Of a DNA stretch of 50,560 bases, positions 37,576 through 47,430 are shown piece by piece. Source of the DNA: a virus (Duplodnaviria > Caudoviricetes); IMG/VR virus record IMGVR_UViG_3300042923_001793, positions 1 through 50,560 of that record. One strand, given 5' to 3'. The translations under genes and the position numbers were made by a program. How positions within the stretch are numbered: position 1 is the first letter of the stretch; every line of letters begins with the position of its first letter. A model generated the notes under the pieces. The model had not been told where the DNA came from. It did no database searches and saw only the letters and a program-made list of their open reading frames with translations.

Positions 37576-39830
37576 TGGCATACGAAGTAGATAATTTAGA
37601 AATAAAAATAAAATCTCAGGCAGATGACACCATTTCTTCACTAGACAGATTAATAGGAAAAATAGCAGAATTAAAAGGAATAACAACAAGTGCGTTTAAT
37701 AACTTAAATAATGTAAATACAACTACAAATATAAATACAGTAGTTCAAGGTAGTCAAAAAGTAGTAAATGGAGTTATAAAAGCGCAAAATGAAACAAAGA
37801 AACTAGCAAATATATCAACATCTACAATAGCAAGAGTAACAGCTTTATACGCTACTTTAAAAGGTGCATACGCTACTGTTAAAAATATAGCACAAGAAAG
37901 TATAGATTATACAGAAAATTTAAATTTATTTACAGTTTCAATGGGAAGTTATTACGATAAAGCAATGAGTTTTCAAAATCAAATACATGAAGCATTTGGC
38001 ACAAATATATCAGATATGTTAAAGTATCAAGGTTTATTTATGCAGATGGCAACAAGTATGGGTGTTGCAGATAAACAAGCATACATGTTATCGGAAAACT
38101 TTTCTAAACTTGGATATGATATATCATCTTTATACAATATATCAGTTGAAGATGCTAATACAAAACTTAAGGCTGGTATGGCTGGACAAGCTGAGCCATT
38201 AAGAAGTGTTGGTATTGATATTACAGAAGCATCTTTAAGACCAATTGCAGAAGGACTTGGAATAACTGAAAGTGTTAGAAATATGACACAGGCAGAAAAG
38301 GTTATATTAAGATATATAGCTGTAATAAGACAAGCTGGAAATGCACAAGGAGATTTTGCAAGGACAATAGAAAGTCCTGCAAATCAGCTTAAAATTTTAA
38401 AAGAACAATTGGCAGAATTAGGTAGAGCAATGGCAAATACTTTTATGGGCGTTTTTGGAGCTGTACTACCATATATAAACGCTTTTGTAATGGCATTAAA
38501 AGAAGTATTTGTATGGTTAGGTACTTTTACAGGTTATACTGGAACAACTGGCGTAAGTAAAGTTACAAGTGGTGTAGCAAGTGATTTAGATAGTGCTAAC
38601 GAAAGTTCTAAAAAATTAAAAGATAACTTACAAGGATTTGATGAATTAAATTTATTGCAAGAAGATACAAGTTCAAATGATAGTGTTTCAGCAGGTAGTG
38701 GTTCAGTTAGTCCAGCTTTATTAAATGCAATGTCTGAATATGACAATTTAATGAGTAGTGTACAAATGAAAGCAACTGGAATAAGAGATAAGATAATGCA
38801 ATGGTTAGGTTTTACAAAAAATGTAAATAAAGAAACTGGAGAAGTTACTTTCACTATGGAAAATTTTGATGGTAGTAATTTAGAAAAAATTAGAGACATT
38901 TTAATAGGTATTGGTGTAGCAATTGGTATTATAAAAACACTAGAATTTATTAGTTGGATTGGTAATTTAGGTACTGCTTTGACTAACGGAAGTCTAATTT
39001 CGGGTTTAGCAAAAATGGCTGGTTTAGCAATGATTGTATATGGAGCATTTAAATTATTTGAATCTGCAAAAGATTTTTTCAATGCGGATAGTTATAATAA
39101 AGAAATAAAATCAATTAGTGATATGCTTACTGGTTTAATGATAGTAGCAGGTGGTATATTTTTAGTATTTGGTGGTATTCCAGCTTTAATTGCTTTGGTA
39201 GTAGGAGTTTTAGGAATAGGTGCTATGGCAATTATGAAACATTGGGATAGCATAAAAGAATTTTTAGGCAGATTTGCCGATTCAGTTGGAACTATATTTA
39301 AAAATGTAGGAGTTATCGTAAAGAATTTTTTTATAATAATTGGTAATGGATTAATTGGAATTATGAATGGTGCTTTATGGGCTATAAATAAAATGGTCGA
39401 ATTTGCTTTATTACCTTTTAATGCTGTAATTGCAGGAATAAATTCTCTTGCAGGAACTTCATTTAGTCAAATATCTTTCAAATTTGGATATATTCCTTTT
39501 ATTGCACCAGTTCAATCATATAAAAATGGTGGTTTTCCAAACGGAGAAGATGGTTTATTCTATGCAAATCATAGTGAGTTAGTAGGAAAATTTAGTAACG
39601 GCAAAACAGCAGTTGCAAATAATGGACAAATAGAAGCAGGCATTGAAGAAGCGTCATATAGAGGATTTATGAGAGCATTATCTACACAAGGTAATTCTAA
39701 TAAAAATTCAAATGGTAACTCAAATGTTGATTTTATAGTTAATGGTAAGAGCATGGCAAAAGCAACAATACAAGATTATAACGAAGAGGCAATAAGATTA
39801 GGTTATAAACCTATCTTGCAAAGGGGGTAG
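37575..39830 (+). CDS. Tail tape measure protein
   Basis: GQAEPLRSVG, QGDFART..SPANQL, hydrophobic middle, YKNGGFP C-terminus. Confidence 0.88.
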   Translation: MAYEVDNLEIKIKSQADDTISSLDRLIGKIAELKGITTSAFNNLNNVNTTTNINTVVQGSQKVVNGVIKAQNETKKLANISTSTIARVTALYATLKGAYATVKNIAQESIDYTENLNLFTVSMGSYYDKAMSFQNQIHEAFGTNISDMLKYQGLFMQMATSMGVADKQAYMLSENFSKLGYDISSLYNISVEDANTKLKAGMAGQAEPLRSVGIDITEASLRPIAEGLGITESVRNMTQAEKVILRYIAVIRQAGNAQGDFARTIESPANQLKILKEQLAELGRAMANTFMGVFGAVLPYINAFVMALKEVFVWLGTFTGYTGTTGVSKVTSGVASDLDSANESSKKLKDNLQGFDELNLLQEDTSSNDSVSAGSGSVSPALLNAMSEYDNLMSSVQMKATGIRDKIMQWLGFTKNVNKETGEVTFTMENFDGSNLEKIRDILIGIGVAIGIIKTLEFISWIGNLGTALTNGSLISGLAKMAGLAMIVYGAFKLFESAKDFFNADSYNKEIKSISDMLTGLMIVAGGIFLVFGGIPALIALVVGVLGIGAMAIMKHWDSIKEFLGRFADSVGTIFKNVGVIVKNFFIIIGNGLIGIMNGALWAINKMVEFALLPFNAVIAGINSLAGTSFSQISFKFGYIPFIAPVQSYKNGGFPNGEDGLFYANHSELVGKFSNGKTAVANNGQIEAGIEEASYRGFMRALSTQGNSNKNSNGNSNVDFIVNGKSMAKATIQDYNEEAIRLGYKPILQRG

Positions 39831-39836
39831 TTTTAA

Positions 39837-40199
39837 ATGGAATTATTAGAAATAAACAATACGATATTTAAAACTCCTTCAAAATTTAAACCTAGTATTA
39901 TGTATATAAAAGAAGCAAGTAGAAATTCTGCTAATGCCACTTTAAAGCAAAAAGTAAAAGGAAAGAAAAGAAAAATTGAATGTACTTGGGCTTATTTAAC
40001 AGAAGATGAAATGCAAACACTTTTAGTTTTATGTGATAACAATGGATTAGATGAAGTTAATCTAAAATATTATGATAGTGAAGAAAAGGCTATTAAGACT
40101 GGAACATTTTATGCTAATGATAGAAATCCAGAGATATGGAAATTTTTAAACGATAAAGCAGAATATTTAAATTTTTCGTTAAGTTTTATAGAGTTTTAA
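39837..40199 (+). CDS. Distal tail-like protein
   Basis: KRKIECTW.YL..TFYA..LSFIEF; follows the tape measure gene. Confidence 0.6.
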   Translation: MELLEINNTIFKTPSKFKPSIMYIKEASRNSANATLKQKVKGKKRKIECTWAYLTEDEMQTLLVLCDNNGLDEVNLKYYDSEEKAIKTGTFYANDRNPEIWKFLNDKAEYLNFSLSFIEF

Positions 40200-40215
40200 T
40201 AAGGGGGCAGATATT

Positions 40216-42096
40216 ATGATTAATATGGGACAAGAATTTGTTAATGCGATGAGAAAAAATACACAAGAAGTATCTGCTCGCTTAAATATATTAAATTCTC
40301 CAGAAATAACTAATTTCGGATTTATATCTAATTCAATTGAACCATATTTAATAGATAATGAATATGCAATATTAAAAGGTAGCGAAGAATACTGGATTAG
40401 GCAAATAAATAATTGTATAACAAACGAAACTGCAAAATATGGAATATTTGAAAATGATGGATTAAAGTTAGATGGTAGCATTAGTTTATTATCAAAAACA
40501 GCACAACATAATGAAATAGGTTGGTATAGTTCTGTTTTATCTAATAACTATGGAGTTTTTTCTGAATATCCATATTTACAATGGAAATATGGAAAAGGTG
40601 CAATATCTGATTTTAATATAGTATTTTCTAAAATTAGAAATGAATATGCAGTAGACTTTGACATTATATTTGAACAATATAGTAATGATCCAATTGGAGA
40701 ACCGCCACCAGATCCTATTACTTATAATATAGTTGGAAATACTGAAATGACATATGTATTAGCCAACATACCATTTAGCATGGACATGGGAAGTAGTTTA
40801 AAAATAATAATCAAAAAATGGTCGATACCAAATGCTAGAGCAAAAATAACAGATTTATATTTTGGAAAAATGTTAATTTATACTGATAAAGACATTGTAT
40901 CTATTAATGGTAATAAAGAAATCGATTTACTTAATGATAGTATTTCAAGTAAACAAATTAATTTTACAGTTCAAGATATTAATGGTGATTATAATATATT
41001 TAATCCTCAAGGAGGATTAGCAAACTTAAATAAATCAAGTAGAGTAGCATTAGAATTAGGACCAATAATAAATAAAATACCAGTATTTTGTAAAATAGAT
41101 GAATATATACTAGGAAAACCTAAAAAAGAGAAAAATCCTTTAGAAGTAAGTTTGACTGGTTATGGAAGATTGAGTACATTTAACAATAAAATATTTGATT
41201 CTAATTATTATGAAAAACAAACAGCAAAATTTTTATTGGAAAGTTATGGACATTATATAAATAATTCACATATGAGCGTAGATAACATAATTGAAAGTGA
41301 AGCTGTTACAATTAGAACACAATATGCAGAAGATATAAGTTTAACTGATGGTTTAAGAAAAATAGCAACTGCAGTTAGGGGTAATATAATAGAAACAATT
41401 GATAACGATGTTTTAGTAACTAGAATAAGTGAAAGTGAAACACCTATATCAAATATTACACTTGAAGATATGTGGGACACACCAGATATAACTAAAATAG
41501 ATAAACCTTCTTCTATAATTGTTAAAACATATTATCCAGTTGCCACAACAACGCCAATTGAAGTTTTTAAATTAGATTATGATATATGGAAAAAACCTGA
41601 TGTAATAAGTTTTGATTATGCAAAAGAACATACCGCAGGACCATATACAGCATATTTAAAAATAAGTGGTGTAGAAGCACAGTTTTATCCTTATTTTATG
41701 GATAATAAAGCATTACATCAAGTTACTGATATAGATAATAATATAACAAATGTAACTGTAAGAATAAATGCAAATGTAGTAGAAATCAAATCATCAAGTT
41801 TTAAATACATAGTAGATATTGATGGTATAGATGAACAAAAAATTGATAATGAAAGTATAGATAGTCAATCAATGGCAACAACTATATTTAATTGGATAGT
41901 AAATAATATAAACAAACAATTTGAATATAGAGTAGAAATACAAGATACTTGTACATATCAATTAGGCGATACAGTACAAATTGATACAAATATATTTGTA
42001 AATGATGTACAAGTTGTTAGAAATGCAATAGTTACAGGTATAGATATAAGTTATGCTGGCAGTTTACATTATACGTTGACTTTAAAGGGGGCTTGA
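40216..42096 (+). CDS. Baseplate hub/tail tip protein
   Basis: Synteny; YQLGDTVQI C-terminus. Confidence 0.6.
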   Translation: MINMGQEFVNAMRKNTQEVSARLNILNSPEITNFGFISNSIEPYLIDNEYAILKGSEEYWIRQINNCITNETAKYGIFENDGLKLDGSISLLSKTAQHNEIGWYSSVLSNNYGVFSEYPYLQWKYGKGAISDFNIVFSKIRNEYAVDFDIIFEQYSNDPIGEPPPDPITYNIVGNTEMTYVLANIPFSMDMGSSLKIIIKKWSIPNARAKITDLYFGKMLIYTDKDIVSINGNKEIDLLNDSISSKQINFTVQDINGDYNIFNPQGGLANLNKSSRVALELGPIINKIPVFCKIDEYILGKPKKEKNPLEVSLTGYGRLSTFNNKIFDSNYYEKQTAKFLLESYGHYINNSHMSVDNIIESEAVTIRTQYAEDISLTDGLRKIATAVRGNIIETIDNDVLVTRISESETPISNITLEDMWDTPDITKIDKPSSIIVKTYYPVATTTPIEVFKLDYDIWKKPDVISFDYAKEHTAGPYTAYLKISGVEAQFYPYFMDNKALHQVTDIDNNITNVTVRINANVVEIKSSSFKYIVDIDGIDEQKIDNESIDSQSMATTIFNWIVNNINKQFEYRVEIQDTCTYQLGDTVQIDTNIFVNDVQVVRNAIVTGIDISYAGSLHYTLTLKGA

Positions 42097-42100
42097 CATT

Positions 42101-42550
42101 ATGATTAAAACAGATTGGGAATCTGGCAATAAAGTTACTTATGTAAATTTAAACGAAATAATAACAGAAATAAAAAATTTATATTTGAATTTATATGGTA
42201 TAGAGTTAACTGATTCCCCTATAAAAAATAATGGTGATTTTTTTTATGCGGAAGATAGTAAATGGATAGAAGACAAATTAAAATATTTAACAGATTTACA
42301 AAATATTTATTATGATTATAAAAATTATTATAATATTACCTCTATGAATTATATTGATTTAAATAAATGGGGACAAGCAATAACTAATATAAGTAATGAA
42401 TTATATTATCTACTATATCCAAGTAATGACTTATATCCAAGTGATGACTTATATCCCGGAAAAATTGAACTTACAAATAAAAATACGTATCCAAATTCAA
42501 ATACATATCCAATTTTAGCAACTTATCCAAAGTACAAAGGGGGAATTTAA
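42101..42550 (+). CDS. Tail-associated protein with YPS repeats
   Basis: KTDW start; LYPSNDLYPSDDLYP. Confidence 0.55.
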   Translation: MIKTDWESGNKVTYVNLNEIITEIKNLYLNLYGIELTDSPIKNNGDFFYAEDSKWIEDKLKYLTDLQNIYYDYKNYYNITSMNYIDLNKWGQAITNISNELYYLLYPSNDLYPSDDLYPGKIELTNKNTYPNSNTYPILATYPKYKGGI

Positions 42551-42553
42551 GTT

Positions 42554-43513
42554 ATGATATGGCAAGACAGAGAATTGGTTAATTCTAAAAAAATTCTTTT
42601 AAAAGATATGACAACAGGTACTATAAAGGAATATGAAATTCAAGATGATGCTGATAACGTAATTATAGAAGGCACACCAATATTATCATCAGCTCTAAAC
42701 GATATAGAGAATAAATTAGTTATAGCAAATCAAACTGAATCAGAAGAAGGAATAGATAATATAAAAAAAATGACACCATTAAAAACAAAACAAGCAATTG
42801 ATTATTCAAGAAGATTGGATGGTTGGAATTTATTAGAAGCGACGTTTACACTTTCGACTTATGATTCTACAGTAAAACAAGCAATAGTAACAACATCTAT
42901 TGATTTAACTGAAGTTATTGAATTAGGTGACAGATTAAAATATACAAATGATGGAACGATTAAATATGCAATAGTACATGGAAAATCAGCTACTACATTA
43001 ACACTATTTTTAGGTACAGATTATGCGATAGCAGGAACAGGAACAATAACAAATGTTTATTATTCACATATGTCGATTCCTTTAGGATTTCAACGTAATT
43101 TAGATAAATGGAGTATAGGTCTAGTATCTATTACTACTGTTTCACAACAAAATCCCAATGTAAATCAATACTATAACGTTGGTTCTATTTCACTGCCTAT
43201 TGGAGCGGGATTGTGGAATGTTAGTTATTTTGTAGATTTATTTGTAACAAGTGGAAATTCATCAAATACAGATACAGTTATAGGACTATCTACATCTCCT
43301 ACAGCTGAAACAAATCAAAAAAGTGAAAGTTGTATAGCTGTAAATGGTGTAACAGGAGCGCTTTTATCGTTAACAAAAACTTTTCTTATCGAATTATCTG
43401 CTAAAACACCTCATTATTTAATAGCAAAAGCTAACGCATCAAATGTAACTAATATATATTATATGGGCAATAGAGGTGGAATAATTATTAAAGCAGTAAG
43501 TGCTTATTTATAA
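42554..43513 (+). CDS. Tail fibre/receptor-binding protein 1
   Basis: EGTP.., MTPLKTKQAI; paralogous to the next gene. Confidence 0.65.
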   Translation: MIWQDRELVNSKKILLKDMTTGTIKEYEIQDDADNVIIEGTPILSSALNDIENKLVIANQTESEEGIDNIKKMTPLKTKQAIDYSRRLDGWNLLEATFTLSTYDSTVKQAIVTTSIDLTEVIELGDRLKYTNDGTIKYAIVHGKSATTLTLFLGTDYAIAGTGTITNVYYSHMSIPLGFQRNLDKWSIGLVSITTVSQQNPNVNQYYNVGSISLPIGAGLWNVSYFVDLFVTSGNSSNTDTVIGLSTSPTAETNQKSESCIAVNGVTGALLSLTKTFLIELSAKTPHYLIAKANASNVTNIYYMGNRGGIIIKAVSAYL

Positions 43514-43527
43514 AAGGAGATGATCAA

Positions 43528-44985
43528 ATGTACACAAGGATAAATTGGCAAAATGGTAAAAATGGTAATACACCAGTAAATAATGTAAATCTAAATAAAA
43601 TGGATGTAGCATTATTTGAACATGAAAACAAATTGAATTTGGGTTGGATAAATATGCCCGCAATATTAACACATGTCGGTGTTGATGGTCCAATGGCAAC
43701 AGTGAACACATCGGTTGATTTAAGAAATACAAATGCAAAAGGACAAAAAATTAAATACGAACAAATTCAAGCTTTAACAGGAGTATGGAATTTAGATGCA
43801 AATAGTAGTTCACAGTTAGGGAGTTTCAATGGAACAGATACAGCAATAACATATTCTGCAGGTAAATTTGGTAATGGTGCAATATTTAATGGAACTACAA
43901 GTAAGATAGTCTTAACTGATAATACTTTATTAAAACCTACAGGAGCATTTACTATTGGAATGTGGTTTAAAACAAATGCTACAGGGGCTAGAAAATTTTT
44001 GTTTCAAAGTTATTCAATTAATACAAATATTGCTGGATTTGTTTGTGAAATAAGAGCGGATGGTAAATTAAATTTTCTTATAGGTAATAATACTGGTGCA
44101 GGAATAGTTTCAGAAATTAGCGGAACAACAACTGTGACAGATAACAACTGGCATTATGTAGTATTCACTTATAATAATAATTACGCACAAATTTATCTTG
44201 ACGGAAAACTAGAAGGTAGCGGTTATTCGTTAAATCCAGTTTATGGTGCTACTAACTATATTAGAATTGGATGTGCTAATTATAGTGGTTCTGACTTATA
44301 TTTTATGAATGGTCAAATGGATGATATTTATTTTATAAATGGTTATGTTTTAGATGAACAAACAATAAAAGCAAAATACGATAATCAAACAGCGCAGGAA
44401 ATAACAGATTTAACTTTACATAAGCAAGGAATTATACATGATATAACAAGTACAACAATGCTAATATATTGTGGAACAGATTTTATATTAACAAACAATC
44501 CAATAACAAATGTATATTACAGCATGGTGAAATGTCCCTATGGTTTTCAGATGAATCCAGATAAATGGACAATATTACTAACATCAGACACTGAAGTTTA
44601 CCAAAATAATCCAGTAATAGGCACATATTATAATTTTTATATTTTTACAGGACATATAGGTTCATGGAAATTTGTAATTGCTGGTAATCTTGCGGTAGTA
44701 TCTAAAGTAAATGTTAGTCTGGTTAGAGGAAATGTAACACTATCTACAGCAAATAATACAAAGGGAGATAATGGGTTAACTTGTTTTGTAGGATTAAACG
44801 GATATCAAAACGCAACCTACAATATAGCTACTTTATCACAATTTTATAGAGAAAAGCCACTAAACTTAACTGTTAAAACACCGTTATTTCTTAATGTTAG
44901 TGTTGTTACTGGTGATTGTTCAAGTATAAACTTAGTTGGAAATCAGTCAAGAACCGAAATAAAAGCAGTAAGTGCTTATTTATAG
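43528..44985 (+). CDS. Tail fibre/receptor-binding protein 2 with LamG (ConA-like) domain
   Basis: GKFGNGAIFNG, FTIGMWFK, WHYVVFTY..IYLDG, GQMDD. Confidence 0.78.
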   Translation: MYTRINWQNGKNGNTPVNNVNLNKMDVALFEHENKLNLGWINMPAILTHVGVDGPMATVNTSVDLRNTNAKGQKIKYEQIQALTGVWNLDANSSSQLGSFNGTDTAITYSAGKFGNGAIFNGTTSKIVLTDNTLLKPTGAFTIGMWFKTNATGARKFLFQSYSINTNIAGFVCEIRADGKLNFLIGNNTGAGIVSEISGTTTVTDNNWHYVVFTYNNNYAQIYLDGKLEGSGYSLNPVYGATNYIRIGCANYSGSDLYFMNGQMDDIYFINGYVLDEQTIKAKYDNQTAQEITDLTLHKQGIIHDITSTTMLIYCGTDFILTNNPITNVYYSMVKCPYGFQMNPDKWTILLTSDTEVYQNNPVIGTYYNFYIFTGHIGSWKFVIAGNLAVVSKVNVSLVRGNVTLSTANNTKGDNGLTCFVGLNGYQNATYNIATLSQFYREKPLNLTVKTPLFLNVSVVTGDCSSINLVGNQSRTEIKAVSAYL

Positions 44986-44994
44986 GAGGACAAT

Positions 44995-45216
44995 ATGGAA
45001 AGTTCACAAATAATATTTTTAATATCGTTTATAGGAGGACTTATAGCAATAATAACTCCTATAATAAAATTAAATACATCAATAACAAAATTAAATTCAA
45101 CTATGGAAAACATAAATGGAATAGTTGCGGAAAGTAAACAAGAAATAAAAGGACATGATGAAAAAATCAATGACCACGAAAAAAGAATATTCTTCTTAGA
45201 AAAAGAAAGGGAGTGA
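44995..45216 (+). CDS. Small TM/coiled-coil lysis-module protein
   Basis: N-terminal TM; HEKRI..LE. Confidence 0.6.
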   Translation: MESSQIIFLISFIGGLIAIITPIIKLNTSITKLNSTMENINGIVAESKQEIKGHDEKINDHEKRIFFLEKERE

Positions 45217-45221
45217 TTTAA

Positions 45222-45395
45222 GTGAAAGAAAAATTAGCAAAATTAATTGATTTAAAAACTATACTATCACTAACAGTTGTATTGGCTTATACAGTTATGG
45301 TGTTTTTAAAAATAGTAGAACCAGAATATAAAGATTTGGTAATCATGATAATGGCATTTTATTTTAGCAAAAAAGATAATACAGATATAAAATAA
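45222..45395 (+). CDS. Holin-like 2-TM protein, 57 aa (not in ORF track)
   Basis: GGGAG RBS, GTG start; KLAKLIDLKTILSL..IMAFYFSKK. Confidence 0.65.
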   Translation: MKEKLAKLIDLKTILSLTVVLAYTVMVFLKIVEPEYKDLVIMIMAFYFSKKDNTDIK

Positions 45396-45477
45396 TACAC
45401 CTTATATAAAAATAATGGCTTAAAATTGATTTTAAAAGGATGATATTTTAAGTTTTTTTCATTTTTATTAGAAACTC

Positions 45478-45511
45478 TACTTTACAAACAAGTAAAATTT
45501 TCGTATATACT
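45478..45511 (+). promoter_or_regulatory. Phage promoter motif copy 4
   Basis: TACTTTACAAA..TTCGTATATACT. Confidence 0.7.
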
Positions 45512-45528
45512 TATAGGAGGTAATTTTT

Positions 45529-45591
45529 ATGAATGATGAGAAAGAAATAATAGAAACAATGGATGACATAGCTCCAGAAATGGAAGAATAG
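45529..45591 (+). CDS. 20-aa acidic upstream ORF in frame with the endolysin
   Basis: AGGAGGT RBS; TAG, then 9 nt, then the endolysin ATG. Confidence 0.45.
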   Translation: MNDEKEIIETMDDIAPEMEE

Positions 45592-45600
45592 GAGAGAAAA

Positions 45601-46311
45601 ATGAGTTATATAACAAAACTACCTTTTGAAGGTAAATTTAAAGTAACATACCCTTATGGAATAAAGGATAGTGCATATGCACAAGGTTATCATCAAGGAA
45701 TTGATATGGGTAACTCTGAGATGCCAAATATGTATTCAATTGTAGATGGTATTGTATCATATGCAGGTTGGGAAAACATTAATAATAAAAAACAAGGTTT
45801 TGGATTATATGTATCTATTAAATTTGATATTACAAACAATGGATATAAAAAAGTATTTTTAGCACATATGAGTGAAATAAAATGTTTTGCAGGGCAAAGA
45901 GTTAATCCAGCTACTATAATTGGTGTAATGGGTTCAACAGGATATTCAACTGGTCCACATACGCACCTTGAAATTAGAGAATACAATGCTAATGGAACAT
46001 TTATTAGAGTGTTAAATCCTGCTACATTTATGGGAATACCAAATATAATAGGAACTTATGATAGTGCTAATTATAGAATATTGGTTGGACAAGCATCTAA
46101 ACAAAATTATACATTAGGTAGATACAAAGTAAATACACCAGATGGTATAAATGTTAGAACTGGTGCTGGAACTAATTTTAGAATAAAAGAAAGAAATGAA
46201 ATAACTAAACCATATATAAATGGAACAGTATTTGATGTACTACAAATATCTAATAATTGGGGTAGAACTCCAAGCGGTTGGGTATGTTTAGACTATTGTT
46301 TGAAAATATAA
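45601..46311 (+). CDS. Endolysin: M23 peptidase plus SH3b domain
   Basis: HQGID, AHM, GSTGYSTGPHTHLE, INVRTGAGT..WGRTPSGWVCLDY. Confidence 0.9.
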   Translation: MSYITKLPFEGKFKVTYPYGIKDSAYAQGYHQGIDMGNSEMPNMYSIVDGIVSYAGWENINNKKQGFGLYVSIKFDITNNGYKKVFLAHMSEIKCFAGQRVNPATIIGVMGSTGYSTGPHTHLEIREYNANGTFIRVLNPATFMGIPNIIGTYDSANYRILVGQASKQNYTLGRYKVNTPDGINVRTGAGTNFRIKERNEITKPYINGTVFDVLQISNNWGRTPSGWVCLDYCLKI

Positions 46312-46491
46312 GGTAATATAAAAAATTCCCTTTCTCTACAACAAGTTTAAAACAATTTAGCTACTGATACGTAAAATTACTCGATAGGATAATGAAAATG
46401 CCTCTAGACTTGTTACAGAAAGTCATAACTGTATTTTCAGTTGCCATTTATAATATTAAATCTAATCAATAATTTGAGAGGAGTGATTTCT

Positions 46492-46770
46492 ATGTCAAAA
46501 AGAAATGATCCTAACAGAAAAAGAGTAAAAGAACAATTATTTAAAATTTATGGTTGTACTTGTATGGTATGTCAAAAGAAATTCACTCGGCAAGAACTTA
46601 CATTACATCACATTTCAAAATGGGAACACACTCATAAAACAACAATAGAGCAAAGTTCACTTGTATGCGAACAGTGTCATCACCAGATTAATGAAGCAGA
46701 ACGGAATAACACAAAAGAGTATAACAGATTAAATAACAAAATAAGAGAATATAAAAAAGGTAGGGGATAA
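46492..46770 (+). CDS. Small HNH endonuclease
   Basis: CMVC, LHH, LVCEQCHH; GAGGAG RBS before ATG 46492. Confidence 0.75.
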   Translation: MSKRNDPNRKRVKEQLFKIYGCTCMVCQKKFTRQELTLHHISKWEHTHKTTIEQSSLVCEQCHHQINEAERNNTKEYNRLNNKIREYKKGRG

Positions 46771-46785
46771 TTCCTCTACCTTTCT
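46756..46785. terminator. Bidirectional terminator
   Basis: AAAGGTAGGGGA/TCCTCTACCTTT. Confidence 0.7.
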
Positions 46786-46790
46786 TATTA

Positions 46791-47174
46791 CTAAAATCCT
46801 GTTATTTCTTTCAATTCACATCTTTCAATATTATTAATATTATTTTCTATCTTAAATGTTAACTTTTCATAAGAATCTATATTATTTAAGTTAGATACTG
46901 CTGTTCCAATTATTTTATTATCTTTATTATATAAATTGAAAACTATTTGTATATAATCGTATTCTTTAGCTATATTATTTTTTATTTTACCATTTATGAT
47001 ATAACTTTCATTTTCATATTTAGCATTATATTCAATTAAACTTAGGTTCTCGCTAGGATTATTATACTCAAGCGGATAATTTTTGTTTTCATGGTAAATT
47101 GGATTTGACACAATAGAAATTCCAAATAGTAATATCAATAAAGTAATTAATACTATATAATTTAATTTTTTCAT
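46791..47174 (-). CDS. FxLYD-like exported protein (moron)
   Basis: N-terminal TM; INGKIKNN..YDYIQIVFNLYN..IGTA; own TTGACA-16-TATAAT promoter. Confidence 0.7.
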   Translation of the reverse strand: MKKLNYIVLITLLILLFGISIVSNPIYHENKNYPLEYNNPSENLSLIEYNAKYENESYIINGKIKNNIAKEYDYIQIVFNLYNKDNKIIGTAVSNLNNIDSYEKLTFKIENNINNIERCELKEITGF

Positions 47175-47315
47175 AAAATCTCCTTTATATCTTTTACAAA
47201 TTATACCACTTTATTTTTATTTGTCAAGCATATAATACACTTTATACGAATTACCACAATAATTACCACAGAAATTCAAAAATGTATCTGTATCTATTTA
47301 AAATAAGTATAAAAT

Positions 47316-47378
47316 ACAGGACTTAAAATCCTGCGGGTGTTAAAACCCGTATCGGTTCGATTCCGATCATTCCCACCA
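47316..47378 (+). repeat. attR (displaced tRNA-Leu 3' part)
   Basis: Direct repeat of 1047-1109. Confidence 0.95.
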
Positions 47379-47385
47379 GTAAAAT

Positions 47386-47430
47386 AAAGCAGTTACAGGA
47401 ATTTCCTTGTAACTGCTTTTCTTTATTTTT
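47386..47430 (+). terminator. Terminator after attR
   Basis: AAAGCAGTTACAGG/CTTGTAACTGCTTT plus T run. Confidence 0.75.

Larger units (their letters stand above)
1047..47378. mobile_element. Prophage (siphovirus-like, ~46.3 kb) integrated in tRNA-Leu
   Basis: 63-bp direct repeats at both ends; integrase, repressor, replication, head, tail and lysis modules. Confidence 0.96.

Noticed and set aside
38534-39082. 182-aa antisense ORF and similar antisense ORFs over structural genes
   Set aside because: Shadows of well-supported plus-strand genes with no recognisable motifs.
42554-44985. Diversity-generating retroelement or invertible tail-fibre switch
   Set aside because: No reverse transcriptase or invertase; no long repeat pair with adenine-specific mismatches; the repeats are direct and short.
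46360-46770. IscB/HEARO (OMEGA) system or a self-cleaving ribozyme
   Set aside because: The protein is only 92 aa with no RuvC or PLMP region; no hammerhead, twister or pistol core recognised.
1047-47378. Genome-wide stop-codon reassignment
   Set aside because: Genes are intact under code 11, all three stop codons are used, and no suppressor tRNA is present.
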